This document shows, piece by piece, positions 1 through 10,674 of a DNA stretch of 64,000 bases (positions are counted from its first letter, which is position 1; every line of letters begins with the position of its first letter). The position numbers and the translations under genes are program-made. This DNA is from a virus (Duplodnaviria; Caudoviricetes), in the IMG/VR virus record IMGVR_UViG_3300028048_000085, positions 32,001 to 96,000 of that record, one strand, 5' to 3'. Below the pieces are notes generated by a model. It was not told the DNA's origin, did not search any database, and worked only from the letters and a program-made list of their open reading frames with translations.

Positions 1-557
1 AAAAATACCATATGATTTAGATCTTTTTCAAGATCTCCTAAGTTTGTATCAAACTCTTCTTTCTCATCAGTTATTCTTCTACACATCTCATAGATATCTT
101 CATCTCTGCTACTTCCCATACGACTCATAATACGATGAAGTCGCTCAATAACCGGAACTTCAATTCTCAGTAATTCTACAGAGATATCCTGTTCATTCTT
201 TGACCATTCTAAATAAGAACGATACTGTGCAGGAGATGCCGTGGCAATATAGTTATCATCACTTATACCATACTGAATATGTGATTTTAATGTAAAGTAA
301 TTCACATTCCCATTGTTGATAGTATGATAATATCGATTCTCGATAAAATCTTCAGATGGTATTTTGCTAAAATCATCTTTTGTGTAGAAGTAATATTCTA
401 CACCATGTTTTTCGCCATTACGTGGTGCTCTAGTAGTACCATAGCATAATGGTTTTAATTTTGTATCTTTACAGAAAGTCTTATCTTCTAAAATCTTATT
501 ATATAACGTGGATTTCCCACTACCGGATTCACCAACAATACAAAAAATATGTCTCAT
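1..557 (-). CDS. gmk: Guanylate kinase-like protein (3' end runs off the window)
   Basis: Not in the ORF track. Manual translation from ATG at 557: MRHIFCIVGESGSGKSTL...YGTTRAPRNGEKHGVEYYF, i.e. a P-loop plus the TTR.PR.GE..G..Y.F guanylate kinase signature. Confidence 0.85.
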   Translation of the reverse strand, partial: MRHIFCIVGESGSGKSTLYNKILEDKTFCKDTKLKPLCYGTTRAPRNGEKHGVEYYFYTKDDFSKIPSEDFIENRYYHTINNGNVNYFTLKSHIQYGISDDNYIATASPAQYRSYLEWSKNEQDISVELLRIEVPVIERLHRIMSRMGSSRDEDIYEMCRRITDEKEEFDTNLGDLEKDLNHMVF

Positions 558-699
558 ATTAAACAACCTTTCTAAATTACCAATTATCAGATTGTTTTCA
601 CCGTATCAAATTATTAAAAAAGTATAGGAGTGGAGTTTAACACCCCACTCCCATAACTTATTTAGTATAAAGTATTTAGGGAATACCTAAATGTTTACC

Positions 700-1641
700 T
701 TACATATCAGAAGCATTGGTGTAAGCTGTCTTAAGATCAGTTGCACCAGTGTTACTATGCTCAGATTTAAGTACCTTGTACTTATAATCAACAGAGCTTG
801 CAGAGAATGTAAGATTGTCAGCAGTCTTGCTCATCTTAGCAATCTTATTAGCTGCACTATTCTTGCTGCTATTAAGATAATGGTATCCTGTGATATCATG
901 TCCAAGAAGATAGTTAGCTGCACGATCTACATAGTAACCAGTAATTGGCATACAGTTGAACTCAAGAGTGTATTCAACGTTCTGACCAATTGCATCACGG
1001 TTGCCGTTGTACTGAGAGAAGTCTGCTTTAGTAAGCTGACAGTTTGCTAACAGTACTGCACGCTCAAGGCGAAGCATTGTAGAATCTGTAACATAGTACA
1101 TCATTGTCCATACTTCGTTTGCATATGAAGGTGACAAATCACCGCTCTGAATCAATCCATGGTAAGTCTTAGCCTGAGTCTTAAGATCGTGAAGACCTGT
1201 AAGGTAGTACTCAGAATACTTCTCGATTAATCCACCAGATCTCTCAAAATACTGCATAGAGATTGTAGCAGATGTCTCCTGAGTTACCTTTGATACCATA
1301 CGCTGTGTATTGATACCATCTGTAAGCTCAAGAGTATCAGCCTGAATATCTGGCAGACCATCTAATCCACGGAACTCATACTCAAGCATATGCTCGAATG
1401 AGATATTCATGTTCTTGATGGTATCTGTTGTTGCCTTCTTTGCAAGCATTGATAAGAACTTAGGACGATTGATTACCTGTAAAAACTGGAAACCTTTCTC
1501 GTACTGCTGGAACTGACCAATCTGAGTGAAGTCGGTAACACCACGGAAAGCCGTGTACTGTGTGAGAGACTTTGGCTTAATCGTATAAGCATTAAAGATA
1601 CCCTTACCAGTAGAGATTGAACCACTGTCTTTATTAGCCAT
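700..1641 (-). CDS. Probable tail tube protein
   Basis: 313 aa, directly downstream of the sheath gene with a strong RBS. Size, position and beta-rich character fit jumbo myophage tube proteins. Confidence 0.6.
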   Translation of the reverse strand: MANKDSGSISTGKGIFNAYTIKPKSLTQYTAFRGVTDFTQIGQFQQYEKGFQFLQVINRPKFLSMLAKKATTDTIKNMNISFEHMLEYEFRGLDGLPDIQADTLELTDGINTQRMVSKVTQETSATISMQYFERSGGLIEKYSEYYLTGLHDLKTQAKTYHGLIQSGDLSPSYANEVWTMMYYVTDSTMLRLERAVLLANCQLTKADFSQYNGNRDAIGQNVEYTLEFNCMPITGYYVDRAANYLLGHDITGYHYLNSSKNSAANKIAKMSKTADNLTFSASSVDYKYKVLKSEHSNTGATDLKTAYTNASDM

Positions 1642-1659
1642 TGTTACTTACCTCCTTTC

Positions 1660-3399
1660 TTAGTCATTGTTCACTGCGTAGATATCAAATACTTCTGTCT
1701 GAGCCCAGTTAAGGAATGCAAATCTGATAGAAGCGTAGAAAATCTTCTGAGATTCCTTAAGTGGGTCTGATGTGTACTCGAATTCAAGCAGATCGAAGTT
1801 AGTTGTATAGTCACTGAGCACTTCACTAACTGCATCAGCATAAGCCTGAAGATCACCAGTTGTAGAAAGTGCATAACGCTGCTTAGGACATGTATTACGT
1901 ACATCACGCATTACTGTCTGAATAGCAAGAACGTTGTTTACATAGCTAAGCTGTGTATATCTATCCTGAGATGTGTAAGAAGACTGTACAACACAATCTC
2001 TTCCCTCAAAGATAGCATAGTTCACGCGCAGCTCATCTACTGCTTCCTTCTGATTAATAGAAGGTGTATTGATTGGAGTGAAGTTGATTGTACCCTCGAT
2101 AGCATTAGGAAGGATAAATCCATTGATGCTACCAGCTACTGGGTTGAATGCTCCTCCAGCAACATGGTCAACGAGATCGATAGCAAGATCATACAGCATT
2201 GTAACCGTAATATTCTTACGTGTTGTCGGCTCCTTGATCTGATATGTTGTGAAATAATCAGCAACAAAGCGAGATCTTTCATCAATAAAGCCGTCATGTG
2301 CAGCCTTAATCTCTAAGAAAGAGTTAAGATCCTTTGTGCCATAATCTCTGAAGTATACGAAATCCTGACGGAATTCTACGAGATCAAAGATAGCCTTCTT
2401 TGTAGATCTAGGATAATCTGCATCTACAATAGCTGCAAACTTGTACTGATCAACATCAAAGATACGATTATCGAACTCACCAGTGAATACCTTATTGAGC
2501 TGAGCTTCCCAAGCTGGTGTATCTACTGGAGCATCTCCGAACGCACCATTTGATCCTTCAGCAAGGGCTACACCTGTTGTTGCATCAAGATCAACACTTG
2601 TAGAATCAATAGTTAATCCAGCATACTCTGATCCCTTATATGTATAACCATATAACAGATCGTTGTTACGGATCTCATCTCCAGACTTATTAAGAGCTTT
2701 TGCAATCTTATTTACGAATAACTCGTATACAGCATCATCTACAAGTCCCTTTACCTGAACACCAACAGATTCATCCAGTCTGTAAGCATTGCCCTGGTAA
2801 ATAACAGTAGGATCTAAGCTGATAGCATTACGCTCAATAACATCATTACCCTCATAGATTACAAGAGTATAGAATGTCTTACCAATTGTCTTAGATGTCT
2901 GATAATCTGGAGTGATACGTACACTCTTAGAAGATACACCTCGACCATTATCTGTAAAGAACATGAGTGGATATACACCTGCATTGTCATCCAGTAATGC
3001 AGAAGCTTTCTGCTCTACCTCTTTATAAGATTTACATCCTGAAACACTCTGTGTCTCGTATTTAATTTTTGCTGATCCTTCAGAACCAGTAACAGTTGCA
3101 GTAACAATAAGGTTTGCAAGAGTAGAATCTTCTGCAACAATTCTCTTACAGAATAATCTACCACCAGCATCGATAATAGCCTTAGCCTGGATTGCAGACT
3201 GACCATGACGAGCAAAACTCATGCTACCATACATAGCATCAAAATTGTCAGATCCAGAGATAATTGTTAGCTCTTCTGTACCCTTATCAGCAGAGAAGAC
3301 CTGACAAAAAAGTGGTGAGTCATCAACGACATCAGCAACCACATTGTTGTTAATCTCTGACAGATCATGCCAATTCACATAAGTACCTGGTGCTGCCAT
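1660..3399 (-). CDS. Contractile tail sheath protein
   Basis: Starts MAAPGTYV (GGAGG RBS before ATG 3399). Sheath-like motifs ADKG.EEL, F..MYG, LAEGSNG, IVDADYP, R.DFVYFRD and LSYVNNV. Confidence 0.8.
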   Translation of the reverse strand: MAAPGTYVNWHDLSEINNNVVADVVDDSPLFCQVFSADKGTEELTIISGSDNFDAMYGSMSFARHGQSAIQAKAIIDAGGRLFCKRIVAEDSTLANLIVTATVTGSEGSAKIKYETQSVSGCKSYKEVEQKASALLDDNAGVYPLMFFTDNGRGVSSKSVRITPDYQTSKTIGKTFYTLVIYEGNDVIERNAISLDPTVIYQGNAYRLDESVGVQVKGLVDDAVYELFVNKIAKALNKSGDEIRNNDLLYGYTYKGSEYAGLTIDSTSVDLDATTGVALAEGSNGAFGDAPVDTPAWEAQLNKVFTGEFDNRIFDVDQYKFAAIVDADYPRSTKKAIFDLVEFRQDFVYFRDYGTKDLNSFLEIKAAHDGFIDERSRFVADYFTTYQIKEPTTRKNITVTMLYDLAIDLVDHVAGGAFNPVAGSINGFILPNAIEGTINFTPINTPSINQKEAVDELRVNYAIFEGRDCVVQSSYTSQDRYTQLSYVNNVLAIQTVMRDVRNTCPKQRYALSTTGDLQAYADAVSEVLSDYTTNFDLLEFEYTSDPLKESQKIFYASIRFAFLNWAQTEVFDIYAVNND

Positions 3400-3526
3400 T
3401 TGATATTCCTCCTTCATTTAGATTTTTAATGCTTTATACCAAATAAATTTAAAACACTAGATTTATACTTATGTTAAATTCAACAATTATAAGGAGTAAG
3501 AGTTTACACTCTTACCCCAATATAAA

Positions 3527-4282
3527 TTACTGCGTAACAATTTTTTCAATTGGAGAATTTGGTAATTCTTCATCTGGTACATCTCTCATTAAGATTGCTG
3601 AACGTAAATGCTCATCAAAGTTCTGCTGTGATGTTGCTGCAGCATATGGTGATATATAGTTTGGTACTTTTAAGATAGATATCAATCGATAATCGTGCAT
3701 ATCCTTCATATCAGTATAACTGAACGGCACTTTGATATTATTTTTATCTCTACAGATTGCTCGCACAATAATACCAAATAGCTGAGCATTTAGGTTATAA
3801 CTAAATCCATTCAGTCTACCATTCTCAATAAAGATCTCCCAAATCTTATCATAAGAAATTGTATTGGGTATCTTCGCTGTTAATACTGCTAACTTGAAGA
3901 ATATTTCTACGTTATCTATCATCTGTGGTACTCGTAGTTCTGATATAATCTCATCATTATATCCAAATCGTAACACTCGATAATCAGCAGCTTCCTTAGC
4001 ATCTCCTAATGTAATATGCTTTACTTTTTCGATCTCATATGGTTTACACATAACCATTGTTGGACAATCAAATGTACCAAACTCTGTCACTTTACCAGAC
4101 TTATTTATGATCTGATAATTACAGATGCCAATAAATGTAACATACTGACCATCAATGGCAGCTATGAAAACTTTTGTATTAGAAAAGAAGTCTTCTGGTA
4201 CATAGTATTCAAATATAGAACCATCGTTCTTATCATATACAAGAGACTTACCATCTATTCTAGAAAAACTAGGAACTTGCAT
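3527..4282 (-). CDS. Probable extreme C-terminal fragment of RNA polymerase beta' (virion RNAP piece)
   Basis: C-terminus ISPYAAATSQQNFDEHLRSAIL...SPIEKIV resembles the beta' C-terminal block (S..SAASFQET...L..AA...ENVI). It complements 46608..47927, which stops just after the trigger loop. Confidence 0.5.
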   Translation of the reverse strand: MQVPSFSRIDGKSLVYDKNDGSIFEYYVPEDFFSNTKVFIAAIDGQYVTFIGICNYQIINKSGKVTEFGTFDCPTMVMCKPYEIEKVKHITLGDAKEAADYRVLRFGYNDEIISELRVPQMIDNVEIFFKLAVLTAKIPNTISYDKIWEIFIENGRLNGFSYNLNAQLFGIIVRAICRDKNNIKVPFSYTDMKDMHDYRLISILKVPNYISPYAAATSQQNFDEHLRSAILMRDVPDEELPNSPIEKIVTQ

Positions 4283-4370
4283 AGTCTTTATCCTCCTTCT
4301 ATTATTAATATTAAGTTGACCCTGACAAAAAATAAAGCCCTAGAGGTGTTACCCTCTAGGGCAGCTATAA

Positions 4371-4718
4371 TTATATCAAATCATCATAGTTGTTATCTGT
4401 TCTACGAAGTCTGCTGAAATTCTTAACAGCATTTGCATTAATTTTATCAACGCTATTCTTCTGCTTCATATTATGTACAGATCTTGGTGTGCGATTTCCT
4501 GGTGATCGTAATCCACCTCTAGCAGCATTATCTAAAGTAGCTCTTCTTTGGTCACGGATATCCTCTTTTGTCATATATTTACTAGCACGATGCTTCCCAC
4601 TATTACGATCCATAGCATCTCTAACAGCATAGCTGGCAGCGATGTCACTCTTAAACTCATAGAGTACATCTTCTACTGCTTCTCTTACTATCTGTCTAAG
4701 ATATTCTTCATTATTCAT
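4371..4718 (-). CDS. Small basic protein with putative head-targeting propeptide (probable internal virion protein)
   Basis: N-terminus MNNEEYLRQIVREAVEDVLYE is nearly identical to the N-termini at 52438 and 53122. Confidence 0.55.
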   Translation of the reverse strand: MNNEEYLRQIVREAVEDVLYEFKSDIAASYAVRDAMDRNSGKHRASKYMTKEDIRDQRRATLDNAARGGLRSPGNRTPRSVHNMKQKNSVDKINANAVKNFSRLRRTDNNYDDLI

Positions 4719-4851
4719 ATTACATTATTCCTCCTATGATTTTGTAATTAGAAATAGTATCATTATAAATACGTGCAAAAAAAAAACAAATTTTGAAAAT
4801 TAATAAAAAAAAAATAAAATATTGGTGAGCTATCTCTAGCTCACCTAATTA

Positions 4852-5373
4852 TTATTTATTATATTTAGGAGACTTACTAGCTGCAATCAGCTTCGTATAC
4901 TCAACTGTCGTGATCTCTTTCATTTTTCCAGTTTCATTATCTGGGATATTCTTCTTTGTTGCTGGGATTACTTTCTTGTATAACCCAGCTTCTGTTACAT
5001 CGTTCTGGACAATATTAATCTTTCGTCCAGTATCTGTATAGACATTAATGAAGTCTTTTGCATTTGTAATTAAGAAGTTAGCATCTCTCTTAGTGAAAGA
5101 ATATCGTTTTGCTAAATTAGCAGCATCTTTATGATCTAATCCGGTTGTTCCGACAATGATATTTCTAACAAACTTCATTGCTTCATCATGAGGAGATCTC
5201 TGACCAATATATCCAAGGTTTTTATCATAAATTCCAACAGTAAAATCTGGATCATTAATCATAGCCTGCATAACCTTAACTTCATCACTACGATTGATAG
5301 CTATTAGGTTAGAGGTTGATGTTTTCTCTTTGATCTCTTCCATTATATCTTTTAATGCTACAGAATTACTCAT
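4852..5373 (-). CDS. Hypothetical protein, possibly DNA-binding
   Basis: 173 aa with RBS. C-terminal KKNIPDNETGKMKEIT weakly resembles an HU-type arm. Confidence 0.5.
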   Translation of the reverse strand: MSNSVALKDIMEEIKEKTSTSNLIAINRSDEVKVMQAMINDPDFTVGIYDKNLGYIGQRSPHDEAMKFVRNIIVGTTGLDHKDAANLAKRYSFTKRDANFLITNAKDFINVYTDTGRKINIVQNDVTEAGLYKKVIPATKKNIPDNETGKMKEITTVEYTKLIAASKSPKYNK

Positions 5374-5560
5374 GACTATCTTCTCCTTTGTTCTCTAGAT
5401 TATCTCTAGTAATAAATTCAATTGGACAAATAACCTTTGGTTTCTTCCCATTAGTTAAGATCCAATTCTTTAATTCATCTGAATCATTGTCTTTTAAAAT
5501 CTTTAGAAATGTTTCTCTTTCTGATAAACTCAATGATTTCCTCCTAACGTGATAATTCAA
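5366..5560 (-). CDS. Small hypothetical protein
   Basis: Follows a late-type promoter at 5562-5573 and overlaps the next start. True start is probably the internal TTG after GGAGG. Confidence 0.45.
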   Translation of the reverse strand: MNYHVRRKSLSLSERETFLKILKDNDSDELKNWILTNGKKPKVICPIEFITRDNLENKGEDSHE

Positions 5561-5711
5561 TTATAAGATTGTTGGTCTGGTAGTAGTTTACTACATCGCA
5601 AAATATCTCTATAGTATCCAAAAGTGGATCTTGTAGAGATTATACTATCTATCAAGATCATAAATATAATATATAACCAAATCAAACATTGGTATAAAAG
5701 GAGGTCTTACA

Positions 5712-6908
5712 ATGGCTACGATGAAAAATTCCGATGATTCTAAAGTGTTTGAAGAATCATTATATCCCTTGGTTGAGAAATCTCTCAAGACTAATGCAAA
5801 TAACTTGGTGCGATATATTGGACGTTTTATAGAGCGTCGACATGATGAAATTTATGCGATCGCTCCATATGATCGAATCTTCTATGGTCAGTCCGATGTA
5901 GATGAATTCTTTAAATCTATTAATATAAAAGAAGGCGAAGTAAAACAGATTATGAGAAACTGTTTCTTCTACGATATTAAGTATAATCCAACATGTGCAA
6001 AGGAAGCATATATCGAAACACTGTTAATGTGTATCCGATACTTCTTAAAGCATAATGATCGTAAAAAGGCAGAGATTACCACAATCTATTTATGCTTTAC
6101 AGGGAAAATTTATGCATCAACTCATGCATTCTTATGGCCTAAAGTTGCACCAAGAAAGTATAAAGCAGTTATGGACTACGTTGTTAATAACATGCTGACA
6201 GATAAATACGATCTTAAGAAAGAAGGATCTGTTTTTGGTGCTGTCCGTAAGTTGTCTATGACATGGTTAGATACATATGAAGATCGATTAAAGAAACCGA
6301 ATAGCGATGATGAATGTGGTAAACATATTCAGCAGATTAAGGAGCGTATCCGATCTTTCTTATATAATATTAAAGTATTATATATGGAAGCATATGAGAA
6401 TCGTCTATATCTTAATTACGAAACAGATAGCTTAGATGAAGATGATTTCCATCTAACAGATAATGATTCTGCATATGCTGCTCGTATTACAGAAGGAACT
6501 ATGGATTGGTTAACTAGTAAATCTGTTAGTGTAGATATCTGCGACCGTTGTCAAGATAATCTGGTACGTTCTCCAGAGATTCGTGATATTATTGAATCAA
6601 TCTTAGGAGATCCAGATAATTTGGATGATATTCGTAGAGTTGTCAATATTATTATCTGTGATTATCTCAGTAATAATAAGGGTGGTAATATCAATTCGCC
6701 TAAATTTATTACATATAGTTTAAAACCAAAGCCTAATTCTCATAATCCAATTATCATTGAGCAGAAGAAGATTATCATTAGTTGGTTAGATGAGAACTCG
6801 CCGCAGTATAGAAAACGTAAGACAAGAAAAGCTACAGCAATGAGTTACTTCAAAGCTATCTTAAAATACTTTGTATTTGTAATTACCATTGTAGCAGATA
6901 GACAATAG
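5712..6908 (+). CDS. Hypothetical jumbo-phage protein (398 aa)
   Basis: Long ORF with AGGAGG RBS and an AACA-N6-TA promoter at 5685. Confidence 0.75.
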   Translation: MATMKNSDDSKVFEESLYPLVEKSLKTNANNLVRYIGRFIERRHDEIYAIAPYDRIFYGQSDVDEFFKSINIKEGEVKQIMRNCFFYDIKYNPTCAKEAYIETLLMCIRYFLKHNDRKKAEITTIYLCFTGKIYASTHAFLWPKVAPRKYKAVMDYVVNNMLTDKYDLKKEGSVFGAVRKLSMTWLDTYEDRLKKPNSDDECGKHIQQIKERIRSFLYNIKVLYMEAYENRLYLNYETDSLDEDDFHLTDNDSAYAARITEGTMDWLTSKSVSVDICDRCQDNLVRSPEIRDIIESILGDPDNLDDIRRVVNIIICDYLSNNKGGNINSPKFITYSLKPKPNSHNPIIIEQKKIIISWLDENSPQYRKRKTRKATAMSYFKAILKYFVFVITIVADRQ

Positions 6909-6920
6909 GAGGAGTAGTAT

Positions 6921-7175
6921 ATGTATACCGAGGAAATGTTACGTTCTATTATCAAAGAATCAGTAGAAGAGTCATTAGAGGAAGGATTCAACCGTAAGCA
7001 CAAACTAATATTGAATAAGAATAAACCTGGTCAGAACTCTCTGATGAGTGGTATCAATACTGAAGTTGCAGATGATCCAAATATGACTGAGGAAGATCCA
7101 GAACCAAGATTACGTAATGATGAGCCAGAAGCTGCTATTAATGTAGAGAATGCTTGGGAATCTCTATTATTATAA
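6921..7175 (+). CDS. Small acidic protein with propeptide-like N-terminus
   Basis: MYTEEMLRSIIKESVEESLEE is a divergent copy of the MNNEEYLRQ.IKEAV.EALNE leader. Confidence 0.55.
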   Translation: MYTEEMLRSIIKESVEESLEEGFNRKHKLILNKNKPGQNSLMSGINTEVADDPNMTEEDPEPRLRNDEPEAAINVENAWESLLL

Positions 7176-7662
7176 CAAAAAATAAAAAGGTGGACTGCTA
7201 CAAACAGTCCACCAATTTTACTTCTTATTCAGTTTTGTCATCTCAGTATCTAGTAGCTTTTGAAATGTACAATCTTCTGATTTGTCGATCTTCTTACCTC
7301 CCTCATAATACTGTTGTTCCCTCACATTATTTCTAGCTATCTCGATCAGAGATATACTTCCTACTCTGATCATCATAATGATCATCCCCTCTCCCAAGAC
7401 GAGTAGTACTGTATATGTATTCTCTCCAATTATATAGTGTATAATTATATTTTGGTTATAAACAAACACCCCAATGGTATAATAGCCATTGGGGTGTTAC
7501 GTAGTAGGAAAATTGCCAAAAAACACAATCGGATATATTGTATACGAGGTGCCAATCCGATTACTATATAGTTATACCATATTAAAAAATAATACAAGTC
7601 TAACAATAGAATACAAGTAATAGTGCTTGCAATAATATAATTCTGAAAAGGAGATTACTAAG

Positions 7663-8187
7663 ATGGGAAATGTTTATGACGTTAATTACAAAGAGATCAA
7701 GACAGCTATCAGCAATGCAGCTCATGCTACTAGCAGAATTCGTTTTGCTATAGACTATGATACACTCAATGAGAGTGTAAAGGAGTCTGGGCTCACACTG
7801 GTACCAATTTCTCTTTCTAGTCGTCGTGTAGAAGAGGCTGATATCATCGGATTATCAGAATACTTCTGGGGATCAAGATTAAGCTGGTTTGATGATACAA
7901 AAGAATTCACAGAGTTACTCTTTGTATCAACTGATGCTATCGATGATACTGTTACTGGATTAATGAATAAGCTTGCTAAAGATCCTTCTGATAATCCAGA
8001 CTTTGATCGTGTAGAAGCCGTTGCTAAGATCACTGCTGAGTATCCATGTTATTTTGCTACTGTTGTTTCTTATAAGAGCAACGATCCAGCACGTCAGGAT
8101 AAGCTTTGCCTTACAATGGTTTGTAGAGCAAATAAAGTAATCATTAAGTCATCTAACTATCAGTACAAGGCTGAGGATATGGCTTAA
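7663..8187 (+). CDS. Hypothetical protein (174 aa)
   Basis: RBS, late-type promoter at 7602, downstream hairpin at 8213-8240. Confidence 0.65.
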   Translation: MGNVYDVNYKEIKTAISNAAHATSRIRFAIDYDTLNESVKESGLTLVPISLSSRRVEEADIIGLSEYFWGSRLSWFDDTKEFTELLFVSTDAIDDTVTGLMNKLAKDPSDNPDFDRVEAVAKITAEYPCYFATVVSYKSNDPARQDKLCLTMVCRANKVIIKSSNYQYKAEDMA

Positions 8188-8212
8188 TTACTACAAGACT
8201 TTCACCAAAAAG

Positions 8213-8240
8213 ATCCCTAGTGTAGAAATACACTAGGGAT
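8213..8240. terminator. Bidirectional intrinsic terminator (representative of many)
   Basis: ATCCCTAGTGTA-GAAA-TACACTAGGGAT between convergent genes. Similar hairpins near 4337, 4824, 7189, 7466, 15818, 40806, 50106, 54781 and 62748. Confidence 0.8.
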
Positions 8241-8256
8241 TCATTTTCTTTCTTTT

Positions 8257-8517
8257 CTACATGACTTTCTTAATAGATATTTCGTAATCATCTTCATATT
8301 GAGCAAACCATAAACTACTTATTGTACCACTATTGATCATTCTCTTGATGCTATGATAATTATCATAGTTATGTGTAATCTCGTTACACATTGTTAGAAT
8401 AGAGTGAAATTGCTGAGCGCAATGTAAGTTTGGTGTCCAAATGAGAGGATCCGTATTAGAAATATAGTAGCGGTTGCCTAAACTATCTTGCCCAAATACA
8501 ATAAATACTCCGTCCAT
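8257..8517 (-). CDS. Hypothetical protein
   Basis: 86 aa with GGAGG RBS. Confidence 0.55.
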   Translation of the reverse strand: MDGVFIVFGQDSLGNRYYISNTDPLIWTPNLHCAQQFHSILTMCNEITHNYDNYHSIKRMINSGTISSLWFAQYEDDYEISIKKVM

Positions 8518-8722
8518 GGATGTTTACCTCCTATTCTGATATTAGTATTATATAGAAGTTCGTCCATTTTTGGTGACTGTAGATACATCAGGTACTATTA
8601 TATTGGTAATAATTTACTAAACTATTATATAATGGGTAAATTTAAGATCTTCTCCTTAGGTTTGCTCTCTTCTTTGTCAAAGGTAGGAGGTAGACCAAAA
8701 GTCTACCTCCCATCGCATCCGT

Positions 8723-9763
8723 CTACACTTCAAATGTTTCTTTAATGAATGATCTATATACATCATGTGGTATGAAGAAGATTGCATGATTATGCTGAGA
8801 ATTAATACCATAAACCCATCTTCCAGAAATATAATTTTCAGAATCATTTGAATATACTGACATATTATTCTGCAATTTATTCTTGTAGTTTAGCTCATGA
8901 TCATGTATCTTGTTATCGTCATCAATAGAAGTATAATCGACAAATGAATCACCATTCTTGATATCATCGATTCCTACATTGATAATGATTGCGCGGACGA
9001 CACCTTGTGTATCATGAGTAACCACTTTAATGTGGAACATCATATCTCTCTGATAACTCTTCTTAGAAAACTTCTTCTTGATCTTATCGAATCGAGATAA
9101 TGCATTATCAGAATCATATATAATATCAAGTGCTTCGATTCTGTCAATTTTAAAAACCTCAAAGAATCTCGTATTAGAATCTTTCACACTACCTACAATG
9201 ATTGCATTGCTAATAGAATCACTCTCTTTTACCATCAGGTTATGAGAAAATAAGAATTCTGTTTCTGTAATATCATCATAATAAGATGGTATTTCGTAAT
9301 AAGATATAATATGATCAATCATAGCAAAATGATCATATGTGATATGTAGATTAGCGATCTCATCCTTATGATTATTCTTACCAGTCTTAATAGCTTCAAA
9401 ATACATTCCATTCTCTTCTTTAACAAATGAAAAGCTGGTAACATAATTTGGTGTAGATGATTGGATTAGTGAGTACAAGTATGCGTGATGAGCATTTCTA
9501 ATATTCTCATCTAAATATAATCCACTATCATGTATAATTGGTATATCACCATCTTCAATATTATTAAATATTGCACTAAGAGTAAACATTCTACCAGTCT
9601 TCTCCCTGCATAAGAATTTAATAATAGCATATTCGGAATTACCATTAGATTGATCACGAGTAATATGAATTGATAGTGGGACAATACCATAGATTATACA
9701 GTCCCTCACTTTTTTGTTTGGATCAATTCGGTAATCCTTTTTATTTAACGGTACTATGATCAT
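8723..9763 (-). CDS. Hypothetical protein (346 aa)
   Basis: Long ORF with ATGA overlap to the upstream gene. Confidence 0.65.
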   Translation of the reverse strand: MIIVPLNKKDYRIDPNKKVRDCIIYGIVPLSIHITRDQSNGNSEYAIIKFLCREKTGRMFTLSAIFNNIEDGDIPIIHDSGLYLDENIRNAHHAYLYSLIQSSTPNYVTSFSFVKEENGMYFEAIKTGKNNHKDEIANLHITYDHFAMIDHIISYYEIPSYYDDITETEFLFSHNLMVKESDSISNAIIVGSVKDSNTRFFEVFKIDRIEALDIIYDSDNALSRFDKIKKKFSKKSYQRDMMFHIKVVTHDTQGVVRAIIINVGIDDIKNGDSFVDYTSIDDDNKIHDHELNYKNKLQNNMSVYSNDSENYISGRWVYGINSQHNHAIFFIPHDVYRSFIKETFEV

Positions 9764-10674
9764 GCATTCACTCCCTCCCTTATAAATATTTCAGTATCTT
9801 CTGTTAATAGCTCTTTGTTAATGCGGAAGATGTACGTATCATACCATTTACCATTCTTTACATCAGAGAATAATATACAATAATCTTTTCTACGTTCTGT
9901 ATAATATTCTAATTCATATGAATCACCATATAATGTATCAAAGGTAACCTTCTCAAGAGGTTTCCTCATCTCTTTTCCGACATATCCACTGGTTGTTACA
10001 TTAATACCATATGTGTAGTGACCACCAACAAGTGAATAGTGAGAATGATAATCCCCATCTTTATATGTACCATCCAATGTCACCTTTGATATATCTACTA
10101 CCTTCATTTTGGTATATAATGGATTCCGTATAACATCAACACTATCTTTCAACTTTAAGAAATCATTCAGATAGATCAAGAATGGATAATAGATATTCGT
10201 AGGCATATATAAATCCAAGAACTCATAAGAATTACCACTCTTATAAATAGCTGTACTATGATAATACCTCTTGATATCTTTCGACTTTTCAATCTGAAAA
10301 TCAGTAGAATAGATCTTTGAGTTGTTTGCTTCTCTAATTCTAGACTGATATAATTCTTTAGTTGATATCTCTGCTAATGGCATGTAGTTTCCTGTAAATA
10401 TATCTAATGACTCTAAGAATCTTCTAGAGTCAGCATCTTCAACAATAAGCTGGATTTGGAAGTATTTTGTAAGTTCCGAACATGCTTCTTCAGCAAAAAA
10501 TAAAACAGAATAGTTATAGATATTGATCTTTTGTATAGCGATTGGAGCGATATCATCAACGAAATATTTCTTCTTCGTTGATATCTGCTCCTGGCTAGGT
10601 ATTTCTACTGGATTAATTATCATGATTTTCTCCTGTAATAATTGGCTTAATAAGATCGATATAGTATCTTTCAT
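9760..10674 (-). CDS. Hypothetical protein (~290-304 aa)
   Basis: Long ORF in a coupled operon. True start is likely the internal ATG at about 10623. Confidence 0.65.
   Translation of the reverse strand: MKDTISILLSQLLQEKIMIINPVEIPSQEQISTKKKYFVDDIAPIAIQKINIYNYSVLFFAEEACSELTKYFQIQLIVEDADSRRFLESLDIFTGNYMPLAEISTKELYQSRIREANNSKIYSTDFQIEKSKDIKRYYHSTAIYKSGNSYEFLDLYMPTNIYYPFLIYLNDFLKLKDSVDVIRNPLYTKMKVVDISKVTLDGTYKDGDYHSHYSLVGGHYTYGINVTTSGYVGKEMRKPLEKVTFDTLYGDSYELEYYTERRKDYCILFSDVKNGKWYDTYIFRINKELLTEDTEIFIREGVNA

Noticed and set aside
5712-6908. Assignment as the sigma-like RNAP specificity subunit or as a Tas/Nop protein
   Set aside because: Size is compatible, but I see no diagnostic motif. Left as hypothetical pending a structure search.
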